Source: Octopus vulgaris
Taxonomy: Eukaryota
NCBI GenBank assembly: GCA_951406725.2
Contig: OX597814.1
Coordinates: 134,850,001 to 134,914,000, forward strand
DNA length: 64,000 bases
Reading direction: 5' to 3'
Numbering within the stretch: the first letter of the stretch is position 1; every line of letters starts with the position of its first letter. The notes below the pieces were generated by a model. The model worked only from the letters and a program-made list of their open reading frames with translations. It searched no databases and was not told the origin of the DNA. Shown in pieces: positions 37,198-49,097 of the stretch. A program made the translations under genes and the position numbers.

Positions 37198-40100
37198 CTA
37201 TATTAAAAAAAAACAAAAAAACAATTTAAATCATCAACATAACCACAAATTTCTCTTCAATAAAATATTCTAATACAAATATTTGCTGCTTTTATAAAAG
37301 GAAATACAATGGGTTAAAATATCAGCCATGATAAATATACAAGGAAAGACTTTGATTCTTGATATGTAATTACAACACAAAAGAAAATATAATGCATAAC
37401 ATATATGAGAACAAAGACTGGTGGAGGTGTTTTCTATTGCTCTGTATTCTACACACCAACAACAAAGACAGGTAGATTTTTTTCTATTGCTGGTGTGTTA
37501 GATGATGAAGGACCTCAACAGGTGGGAAGATGCTGAGAACCTTATCCAGTACGTGTCAACATGGAAAAATAAAAGAAATTGTGATGATGCATGTCTTAAA
37601 TGGGTATTTTGATGCAGTTGTTTCAATTTCAATACACTGTTAGATCAAACCATTTACCAAATCCCAAAATGAAAAAAGCATGCTTTTGTTAATTTATAAA
37701 GTAACTATCACAAAAGCCTTAAATAAGATATTCAAAGAAATATTTCTCAAGAAATGCCAATCTCTAACTGTGGAGGTAATGTGTGGAAGGAGTGGACCCA
37801 GGAAGATATGGGATGAAGTTGTGAAAAAAGATCTTCAGGCATTGGGCCTCACAGACAGGATGACAAGAGACCAAGACTTCTGGAAGTTTGCTATGCTTGA
37901 GAAGACACATCAAGCTAAGTAAAATCCTGATTGTCTTTGTATACAGGCATTCTCCTGCATCCCTCTTCAGCTGAGCAATCCTAATCTTGTGGGTTCATGG
38001 GTGCTGGTACCATGTAAAAAGCACTTGTGCTAGTGCTGCATAAAAGCACACAATACATTCTATAATGTGGTTGGCATTAGGAAGGGCATCCAGCCATAGA
38101 AACCATGCCAAAACTGATATGGATCCCAAGCAGCTCTTCAGCTGTCCAGCCCTGCCAGCATGGAAGACATGTTAAATGATGATAATGATCTCTATATATA
38201 TATAAGCAGCAAAATGTCTCTGTGTGTGCGTATCCTTTATACAAATCCACAATTTTTCAGTTAGAGGGCTCGCACTTTCTATGGTTATTCAAAACCGTCC
38301 AAGGGTGGTCGTGCACATCTTTACATTTCCCCAGTCACCCCGCAAAGCCATTAAAAAATCAATAGAAGTGACTTTTTGTGAATTTTCTATCCAAAACCCA
38401 ATCAAAATGCCCAAAACTTGATATGCCAATTGAAAGCTTGCTAGCTGTATGTGATTGGTTGGAGATTTGGATAGTACATGCGTGTATGTGCGCACGCACG
38501 CAGCTGTATATGCATGCACTAGCACTATGACCCAGCGTTGCCGGATCATAGTGCTAGTTATTATATAAAATACATTTTATATGAAACATATTGCTTAGGT
38601 TATATAACATAAAATCTATACATTTTGACCAATTGGACTTAATGAAGCATAACAGTAGTCTTTTAACTGATTTCTACTTAGAAATATGACCAACATAATA
38701 ATGCTAATAATAATACTGTTAACTGCTGTACTTGTATTTATGTAATTGAAACTGCTCCTTTTATCACTCTTTCTAAGTGAAAACCCACACAAACTCTAAA
38801 AATGACTGATGAAATAACTAGCCTGTGAAGGAGAGAGAGAAGAGGAAAGGGAAAATTATTCACAGGTAGATATTTTGTTAAACAGGAAGCTGACACGAGG
38901 AAATGTAGTCCCATATATACATGCTAGATCGTGTGTGTATGCGTGAACTTAGTAATGGCTGTGTGGTTAAGAAGTTTACTTCCCAACCACTTGGTTCTGG
39001 ATTCAGTTCTACTGTGCAACACCCTGGGCAAGTGTCTTTTATTACAGACTCAGGTTGATCAAAGCCTTATGAATGGACTTGGTAGACACATGAGTGTCTT
39101 TGTGTTTGTTTATATTTCCACTTCTCTAAAAATTGAAGTAGTGATGTTATTTCTCCAGTTAACAAATCATGCACTGGCTTTGTGCCTTTAAAGTCATGTG
39201 AAATAAGAGACCCCTTACTTGAGAAACAGGTAAGGGTTAGTAACAGAAAGGACATTTGGCTGTAAAACAATTCCTCGATAATATGTTCATCTAACCCATA
39301 CTAGCATGGGAAAATAGACATAAAAACAAAGAAAGGAGAATGTATATCTTTATTATAATAGCTAGCATGAGAGTGTCAGTGGAGAAAGAAAATAGCAACT
39401 TCTGAAACAACTGTGAACTTCAATCCTTGATCTGCAGCCTAGACCACTGATGTATGTGGTGTGTGTGTGAATTTATAATGAATATCCTTATTATATTGAC
39501 CAACAGAAAACCCACCTAGATGGATGACTTTTCTACTAACATATTAAAAGATGCTTTACAAAACTTTAATATAATATGAAATATGGGTTGCACTACTCTC
39601 ACAAGTATCAAATGCTGTGTGGTCCCATTTAAAGTATTTCAAATAGCTTGGTGTTGGAAGCTGGAATTAGTAATGTCACCCTAAACCTAATTCACAGTAT
39701 TTTGTGAATAGTCAATACAATAACTTTAATAAAGTTGCTTAATTTACCAGCCAAATACCCTTAAACTTCCTTCTACCTTTCTTATATTGACCATTTGTTT
39801 ATGTTAATTATTTTGATGATCATACAAAATAAAGACAGGTAGAACATTGCTGAAGTATTTATTTAATTGGTTACTGCTCTATTCATGTAAACATTGGTTC
39901 ACATGAATAGCTCTATCAATGACTAATAACTACATGCAAAATATGGTTTTGTATTTCAAGCAATGTTTTATCTTCACAGATCATTGTTGCTTTGTCAAAG
40001 ATCTATGCAACATGATATATACAAATGCTGCACTAAATTATCATTATAACAAGTTCATCTCTGCTGGCATGAATGGGACAAAAATTTACAGTATGGCATA

Positions 40101-41436
40101 TCACCACTTATCTCAATTCAGTGTCATATCACCTAGGATTCATCATTCTGAGATCTGGCATCACCATTTTCCATGAATTCATTGGGCTTCCTTTTCCAAA
40201 AATACTTTCCAATGTTAATACATGGTACTTATCCACACAGCACAACTATTCACACTCATGTCCATACCAGTTGGCTCCCTTATGTCAGTTGATATCTTAT
40301 GTCCCGATACTGTTTCAACTTACTTTTGACTCCATCTTGCATGCAAATTAACATTATATATTCAATAGATCATATTTGACACATTTCTTATGAGCGGTAT
40401 TTTGGCATCTCATTGACTGCAACATATCAAAAAAAGTAGCTACTGAACCATTGATGACAATGATACACAAATATTTAGAAATTGTTATGACATCATCCCC
40501 ATCACCTTAATCATTTGACATTCATTTTCCAAGCTGGCATGGTTTGATCTAGCAAGTTGAAGGGCTGTGTTGAGCACCAGTATCAGCTTTGACATGGTTT
40601 TTTTTTAATGGCTTGATGCATTTCCTAATGTCAACCACTTTACAGTGTGTACTGGGTGTTTTTTTCATGCTACTAGCACTAGTGAGGTCATAAAGGAATA
40701 TGTAAGACAAGGAAGAAAAATATTTTAAAAACCCTCCAATTAAATGGGGGAGGAGTGATGGTTCTATGACAGTCGTTGATAGGCTAAAGTGTGATGGAGG
40801 GACAAGCCCAGATGTCTTGCTATTGACGAGATACAAAGCCACCCTGCATTATATAAAGATGGGTGAAAGTAGCTGGAAAAAATATAATTGATGATTGTGA
40901 TGGGATACTAAAGCACTTCAAGGTACAAGAGATGTTCTAGTATCCCTAGTTTACTATTATTCTATTAACAAAAATATTTTTTCTGTTGAATTAGAATGCA
41001 GTTGTTACACACCTGTATGAACTTTGAAATGTTTAGCTAATTGACTTGCATCAGCATAAGACCTGTAACATAGTCCACACTTGTGAGGCTTGTCAGTCAG
41101 ATGAAGTCCCTCGTGAAGTTTGGCACCAGTAGCTGTTGTAAATCGTTCAGTGCAAAAATCACATTTATACAGCTTTTCATCAGTATGTGTCAACATGTGA
41201 ATGGTAAGACATGTTGGTTCTGAAAATGTCAGATAACAGAAGGAACACTTCAATGACTTTGTCCGCACTTCTTCATTGTCAATATGTTTGCTAAGCTTCA
41301 AAGACGATGGGAAGGACTTGTCGCAGTAAACACATTTATAGGACTTCTTATCATTATGTTGTTCACTGTGTTCTTCTAGCATGGTGTACTGTGAAAAGCT
41401 TTCATTACATATCTCACAAGAAAATTTTTTACTCAT
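36584..41436 (-). CDS. C2H2 (Kruppel-type) zinc finger protein, 8 fingers plus Q/S-rich tail
   Basis: Exon 41475-41013 (ATG 41436, five CxxC..H..H units) splices in phase 1 (ACAG|GTGTGT..TAG|GTATA) to 37197-36584 (three fingers, TGERPY/TGEKPY linkers). The join restores the HTG-IKPYKC linker. The true start could lie in an upstream exon. Confidence 0.92.
37740..38188 (+). mobile_element. RTE-LINE 3' fragment
   Basis: CGRSGPRKIWDEVVKKDLQALGL..QDFWKFAM, 3'UTR and ATGATGAT tail. Confidence 0.75.
38189..38557 (+). mobile_element. Non-autonomous Helitron
   Basis: Inserted A|TC...CTAG|T with no TSD; 3' hairpin ACTAGCACTATGA-CCCAGCGTTGCCGGA-TCATAGTGCTAGT. Confidence 0.8.
41013..41436 (-). CDS. Zinc-finger gene coding exon 1 (fingers 1-5)
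   Basis: MSKKFSCEICNESF..H..H through HKCGLCYRSY..HFKVHT; acceptor at 41477-41476. Confidence 0.9.
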
Positions 41437-43540
41437 AGCTGAATCTACTGATACTGAAACTGGAGAAATAGGTTCCTGTTAATATGAGAAATCCAGGTTT
41501 GAATTTTTAGATTTCATTATTCAGTATATTCTTCCACTGACATTGATGAGAACCACAAATATTCTCCTATAAAAGAATATAAACTTAACTTCAGATAAAC
41601 ATGTTAAACTTTCAAATTTGTAGACTATTCTTAATTGACTTCAAAGATAAATACAGAACTAATACTTTTATACATATATAAGACTGTTAGATCATTATAT
41701 TTATTAAAACATTATTTCAAGTAATTTTCTATCCTTTGACACAACTGAATGCCCAATACTCTTTTAGGCAGTATCTGCTATTCCAGAGGAGGAGGGGGAA
41801 CAAAGACAGATATTAGAAAGATAAAGATACGCACTGGCTTATGAGGTATCGAATTCAATAATCTGTTTAAATAGCACAAGGTTTAGCTTTGCTTTCCCTC
41901 TAAAATTAAATAGTGTACCAGTAAAATATCGGTGTTGAAAAAAATAACGCGTAAATGCTAAGAAGTAGTTTTTTTTAATGTCTTATTTGGCAGATATTAG
42001 GTATTAGAAAGCACAGAATCAAATTGTACAGGTACTTTAATTTTTTTAAATCTCGATATATAATTAACTTATTTTTTAAAGTTATGTAAAAAAAAAATTA
42101 CCTACAAAGAGCAGCAAGAATTATAAAAATATAACATTCTGCCTTTAACTTATTTGTTTAGTAAATTAAATATTTTTTATCATTTGGACATATATTTATT
42201 GCTTTTCAGATGATTGATTCGATTTCATTACTTTGATATAATTCTAACTTGCTATTTTTATACATTTTCATAGCTATTTTAGACATTTTAAAGTCTCGTA
42301 TCTTTGTAAAAACAGCACCCACAAACTGTGAATTTGATTGTGCCAAGTGTGCAATTTGCAATCAGTCGTTGTTCCCTTTTAATTGTCTCTCCCCTGGTTT
42401 AGATTCTCTACTTCGTGTTGATATTTGTGCCTTGATGTTAGTAAATATCTTTACTAATATCAAAAATGACCTATAAATTTGTATTCTGGTAATTAAAAAG
42501 TTTATTAAAGTCGTAAAATTGAATCAAGTGCTCCTTGGTTTATTCAAATTGTTCGAAAGTTAACCTTAAAAGTTCTTAGTACTTCTTGCATTTTACTACT
42601 ACCCGTATAATATTAGCGGCAGATGCAGTTGATACAAAACAAAACATGACCTGCCTAGAAAAAAATGTGTTGGTTTGTAAGAGAAAGTATTTTTTGTAGC
42701 TAACTTTCCAGAAATAAATAGTAACTGGAACAATAACATCAAATGGAAATAAAACCGCCCGGGTAGATGTTATTTCAACCTCAGATAGCATGTAATATCA
42801 ATACAAATAAACAATATCAAACCATTATCACTGGTGGATTGTTGAGAGAAAACAAACAGCTGAGAGGTCATTGTTGAAATTTACTGCTGCACTCCAATGA
42901 AAAACTGACATGTGCCGTGCTGGTGTTGACGATGAAGTACATAATCTATATCCTATTGCTACATGCCGCTCGTTGCTTCTATCTTCTGTTTACTTTTGCA
43001 ATTCATTGAAAAATTCACACAAGTTGCAACTGTTTGATACGTACGATTTTTGTTAGCAGACATCCGGTTGTTATCGGTGTAAAGCTTAATAAGTCATTTG
43101 TGAAAATCTTTTCCGTAGATGCATGACTTCTTTGTATTTACCCCCTCCTCCGAAGTTGTTGGTCTTCTGCCTAAATTTAAAACCAATATTCACACACACA
43201 CCCAGAATTTATGTATGCAAACTTATATACATACATGCATATACACAACTACACGTTTGAAAATAAGTCTTCCCAACCTCTCTTTCTCCTATAACTCTAC
43301 CCTAACTCACTCTCTCCACCTGACTCTTACCCACTCTTCACCCTACAATTTGATATCACATTAAACTGGGGTAGACTTTTAGCCATCTGAATCATGGTAT
43401 GCAGGTCCTAGCTAAATGAGGCAATGCAAGGACATAACTCTGATGGGCTTAAAATACAACCTTGTCTGTCTCATATAGCTGTGTTCTTTCATTTTTTACA
43501 AAAATATTGAGTTCCATAAATTGGACATAACATTTTAAGG

Positions 43541-46500
43541 CAGAGGTTCTCAAACTTTTTGAGCCACCGCTCCCCTTTTGGCCACATAATACCCTCAGCA
43601 CCCCACCTCTATTTTTATATATAAATAAATATTTTATATTTTATTAATTTAGACATATTGTGAATCATTTGATATTTAATATAATATTATATAATTTGCA
43701 TACAGTACTATATTATAATAATTTCATAGCATACACCAAAAAAGAAACTTTCGTTACATATTTTTACTCAATAAAATAATGAACAAATTTACAATGCATA
43801 TTGGAGAAGTTAGCAGTGTAGTTGCATGTGTGTTTTTTAGAGGTTTTAATTATATCAGGAGCAGGCTTTGGGCTTAACTAAGTGTCTGTGATAGGCATGA
43901 AATGAAATTATTGACTTGTTTGAACAACAACTTAGTAATTTTATTTGTTATAAATCATACATACAAATAACAAATATTGGAAGTGTAACAGATATGGTTA
44001 AGTGTGTCAAAGAAAGGCATTTTGGTGTAAGCAGAGAATATATGGTGATCTGTGTTGAAATATCTTTATACAAAACTTACAGTAAATTAATTGAATTTTC
44101 GCAGAGAAGAAATAATCTTTCTCTTCAGGAATGTGAAAAAGAAAGGTGTTCAAAAGCATTTGATTGTTGGACAAAGATTTCCGAGATCTTCTGATGGTTC
44201 AACATTATTCACACTTCAGTTGGAGTTCTTCTCTCTTCGAAGTACAGCAGAAACAGATCTTGTTGCCTTTCTGTTTTGCAAAAGAACCTTTAGTGTCAAC
44301 GTTCAGCAAAGTGTTGCACACATGCACAGCGATAGAAACACTATCATAAATGCAAACAATATGTGAAGGAAGATAGTTAACTCACTTTGATACATCATAT
44401 TATCCCATGGCAAGCCAATAAGGCATTAGGTAAAAAAGGGAAGCAACATTATAATACGAAAATTGAAAAATAAAGAACAAAATATGCAAACATACTGAGA
44501 GCAAGTGTCAGTAGTATGCTGCCCGGAAAGGTAGTTTCCGTAGAGCTAGCATGTAATTTATGACATCTAAAAAACTATGCACAACTTTACAGGAAATAGA
44601 AATCACAAAATATAATGGTCAATAAGTGGTTGCAAGTGCAGGTCTTGCTTACTAGTAGTGCAGCAGTGTTAATGGTACTAGAGTCTCCCACAAAAGAAAA
44701 GAAATACATGCAACAAAGGAATGTATAAAAAAGGCAATGTCATAAGCCCTGTATGAAAGGAATTTCACACCAATAACAAGAGTTTGTTAATATAAATGTC
44801 ACAAAGTTTGTGCATTAAAAAAGTATATGTTGCTATGGTGTTCATAGCAAAAGAAAAGAGATGAAAGACTAAAGCCATAATAGTATACCACTAAAACAGC
44901 CCATCCAGGTAGGCTTTTAGGGAGGGGTTAGTTAGTTAGATAGTTGGTGACAACTCAATCAGTTAGTTAGTTAGTGACAACTTGAGTTAGAGAGAGCTAT
45001 TATTAGTTAGTGAACAGGCCACTAGAATCATGGCCACATGCAGACAGCCACTAAAACAAATGGCCAGAGGGAAAAAGAAAGTTTACAATCAGCGACGATG
45101 CGAGACAACGTCCCACACTCTCTCATTCTCACTAGCTCACTTTATTTTCTCTTACAACGTCACTCTATTTCTATCTGTAATTACTACTACACAATGATGA
45201 GAACACAAACACAAACTATACAAGGAAAATCTGCACCTATCTTTACTTCGCATGCTTCTGGATTTTATCACCTGTCCGTCAAGGCAAGGTATATACAATA
45301 TACGGTAAATATATATTTTCTTCACAACTTCAATCACTATTCTTTCATCTTTACATAATGGCAATCAATGAAGAACCAATCCTATCATACAGATTACATC
45401 CATCCTGCTGTGTATCAACTATCGCTTATCATATTATTGTTATCAAATAAAATTTCAACCGTATAAATTCATAAAAACTTCTGCTGCTACAAATTGATGA
45501 CCCTACCATTACAGGTTCAATGAGAAAGATGAGCATAGTGAAGTGAAAGTAGCCTCTCAATCTCAGGCTGAATTGTACTAAGAATAAGCCTGAGATCACC
45601 ATGCTCCGTAATTTGGAGAATACACCGCTGCTTTGTAAGAAGGTGAGTGACTGCACTGAATCTTCTCTCAACCAAATAAGATTAACTGGTTTAGTCGTCA
45701 CCATGTGACTGGATTCATTGAGTTGTCACCGACTGTTTTTTGCTTGGGGTGTTCTTGCTTTTATTACTATCTAGAAGGATAGATATATCATAATAGATTT
45801 AGTTGGTGGTCTTGTTATCTCTATTTTAGCTTTTGGTGAAGTAGAAGAGGTTAGAAAGGGTCAAGTGGTGAAGACATTATTTCGGCCTAGCTAAAGGCAT
45901 CTGGAAAATGTAAAACTGCTGTCAGAGAAAAACCATTATTCCATCATGGGAAAAGTTCTGTTGTAGTGTTAATTTAAATTTGGCTATGGTGGATCAATTC
46001 CATTTCATGCATGCAAGATCCACTACATGCTTATATATTAATGGTGTACATAAATACATGACAGGTATATATAATACTGAAATATGCATAAAGTAAATAC
46101 ATGAAGATATATATTAATGTAACAAATTTAAAAAAATAAAAACATAAGATGATACATGTTAATTTCATCAGGTATTTCTGTTTATTAGAAACCAACAATG
46201 AACAGGTCATTTCACAGATGATAAACTATAAATTTTACAGGGTACAACTTCAAAGTTGACACTGCTCCGCTAAATGCAGAAAATTTCTGTCTTGCTATTG
46301 GCTAAAAATACATAGTTTTTCTGATTTTTGAACCTTTGTAACCTTTTCCTCCAATTTTTTTTTCTCCACAATAGCATACCTTCATAACAATGAGACTGGA
46401 AGACTATATTTTATTTATTTATGTGCCCTTTTCAAGCCTAGCCAGGCTCATGGGCCTGGTTTCCTGGTTTCTATGGTGTATGTGTTCTCCCCAGCTGAAC

Positions 46501-47562
46501 AGGACGCCAGTCCATTGCAGCGTTACTCAAGAAACAGGAAGAAAGAGTGAGAGAAAGTTGGGGCAAAAGAGTACAACAGGGGTCGCCACCATCCTCACTA
46601 AACACAAACAACGCCCGGTCTGGGAATCAAAACCACGATCCTCCAACATCAAATCCACTTCCCTAACCACTGGGCCATTGCGCCTCAAAATAAATGTACC
46701 CTTTTAAAGCCTAGCCAGGCTCATGGGCCTGGTTTCCCAGTTTCAATGGCATATGTGTTTCCCAGCTGGACGGGATGCCAGTCCATTGCAGCGTTACTCA
46801 TTTTTGCCAGCTGAGTGTACTGGAGCAATGTGAAATGAAGTGTTTTGCTCAAGAACACAACACGTCGCCCGGTCCAGGAATTGAAACCACAATCTTACAA
46901 TCATGATGCTGACACCCTAACCACTAAGCCATGTGCCTCCACTTGCACCCTTTTTTAAAACCTAGCTGGGCTCATGGGCCTGGTTTCTCGGCTCAATAGT
47001 GTACGTGTTTCCCAGCGTTACTCATTTTTGCCATCTGAGTGAACTGGAGCAACGTGAAATGAAGTGTCTTGCTCAAGAACACAATGCATCGCCCGGTCCA
47101 GGAATCGAAACCACAATCTTGTGATCATGATGCTGACACCCTAACCACTAAGCTATGCATCTCCACGGAAGACCACATTATTGTAACTAATTTTCAGATT
47201 TTTTACTTCCTTTTAAAAAGTGCATATTTTGCGAATCAGTTTCACTAGATTCCTTAATTTATCGACTCTGAAAGGATGAAAGGCAAAGTCGACCTCAGTG
47301 GAATTTGAATTCAGATCGTAGCGACAGGCGAAATAACTTTAAGCAATTCGTTTGGTACGCTAATGATTCAGCCAGCTCACCACCTTGTATGTATGTACTT
47401 ATGCATGTATGTGTATGTATATATGTGTATGGAAGGAATGAAACTAACAGCCTCTTCCTCCCTCCCAATGCCTCCTTTTTCTCAACTAATCCCACTGCCC
47501 CCTTAGGCACCAGCGTCCATCAGGGGTGGGGGGGGCGGTAGCGTCTACTTTGAGAACCTTTG
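43541..47562. mobile_element. Possible hAT (Charlie-like) element shell with nested insertions
   Basis: Left CAGAGGTTCTCAAACT and right (reverse complement) CAAAGGTTCTCAAAGT; both subterminal regions resemble the 22607 MITE. No TSD confirmed. Confidence 0.45.
46424..47166 (-). mobile_element. Three tandem tRNA-derived SINEs (family C; first copy mosaic)
   Basis: Units at about 46424-46685, 46697-46942 and 46945-47166 share the GAAACCAGGCCCATGAGCCTGGCTAGG tail and have tRNA-like heads (TGGCTTAGTGGTTAGG..GGTTTCAATTCC). Confidence 0.85.
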
Positions 47563-48345
47563 AGAACTATCCAGTAGTAAAAGCCCAAGTCATACTTGTT
47601 CAATAGCTGTTGGATTTCCCTTTCCGTTTTTAGCATGATACTATTTGGTAACAGTATTAATTGGCTGTCATGAGACTATGATATATAAATAATGGTTTTG
47701 ACTTCTGGCAGAAGGCCAGAAACTTTGGGGGAGGAGTAAGTCAATTACTTTGACCCCAGTGTTCAACTGGTACTTATTTTATTAACCCTGAAAGGATGAA
47801 AGGTGGTAGCATTTGAACTCAGAACATAAAGGTGAAAGAAATGCTGCCAAGCATCTTTTCCAGAACAGTAACAATTGTACCAGCTCACTGCCTTACTATA
47901 ATACGTAAATAATAATAATTTTGGCATGGGGCCAATAACTTAGAAGGAGCGGTGAGTTGATTACATCAACCCCAGTCCCAACTGGTCCTTATTTTATCAA
48001 CTACTTAAGGATGGAAGGTAAAGGTCAACCACAGCAGAATTTGAACTCAGAATGTAAAGAGCTGGAAGAAATGCAGCTAAACCTTTTGTCCAACATACAA
48101 ACAATTCTGCTAGCTCAGTGCCTTAAATAATGATAACAATCCTTTCTACTACAGGCACAAAGCCTGGAATTTTGTGGGATGGGGTTAGTCGATTACATCA
48201 ACTTCAGTGTTCAACTGGTACTTTTCTTTTTAACTCTGAAAGGATGAAAGGTAAAGTCGATCTTGGCAGCAATTGAACTCTGGAATGTAAAGATGCCACT
48301 AAGCATTTTGTCCGGCATGCTAACGATTCTGTCAGCTTGCACTTA
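47255..48345 (-). mobile_element. Cluster of four family-B SINE copies
   Basis: Repeated GAAAGGATGAAAGG..ATTTGAACTCAGAA..AACGATTCTG.CAGCTC units at about 47255, 47695, 47920 and 48140. Confidence 0.8.
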
Positions 48346-48939
48346 TGTCTAGGTAACTAATGATCAACATTCCTCAGCCTGCAAAAGAACTCTTAGATTT
48401 TTGTTTGTGGGAGTGGGGACAAGGGGGTATTTATTTTTGTAGCCAACACTTACTGATAGAAAGTTGTTGCTAAGAGTAGATGTGTGGACTCTGGATCCAC
48501 CATATACACTTATAGCATTTACAACTTTGTTGATTGCAAGCAAAAACAATCCCATGTTTTCAGAATATCTCTCAAAGTGGTAGCAGATCTCATTGTTAGG
48601 CTGGAAAAACAGTTTGTCTAACAATGAGATCTCCCAAATTTTTTAGTATATGTACTGCCGAAGCAAGTACATTGTGACACACAAGTTGCATTCAAAGAGT
48701 GATTAAAATTCTCATGACATGACAGTGCAGTGTAACGTTCTGTACAGTACATTCGGGAATGAAGATACATAAGACATATTCGGAACGCTATTTTCTAGCA
48801 ATTTTTCTGTAGGCAGAAATTTTGTGTTTTGCATTTCACTCTGATACTGAAAAAGTATGCTTTCAGAAGTAATTATCTACCCTTTCCCCAGCTCTTGTTG
48901 TTTAATTCCACATGGGAGCGCACCGTGCAATCAGCCGCT

Positions 48940-49097
48940 ATGGCGTCCAAATCAGATGTCGTGACTAGTGTAGGCATGTCGGATAACGAATACACTGAAT
49001 ATATTCGGAAGAAGACGCAATCTGTTAAAAAATTGTATCAGAATAATCCGTCAGGAAAAAGAAAATCTGGTAAATTCTGGAAGAATACTCGTTCTAG
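48940..49097 (+). CDS. CCDC86: CCDC86 exon 1
   Basis: GCCGCTATGG start context, CpG-rich; ends phase 2 at AG|GTAATA. Confidence 0.88.

Noticed and set aside
42576-42791. ORF upstream of the zinc-finger gene as a coding first exon
   Set aside because: It has plausible phase-0 donors but no recognisable protein features; it may equally be 5'UTR, so it was not called as CDS.
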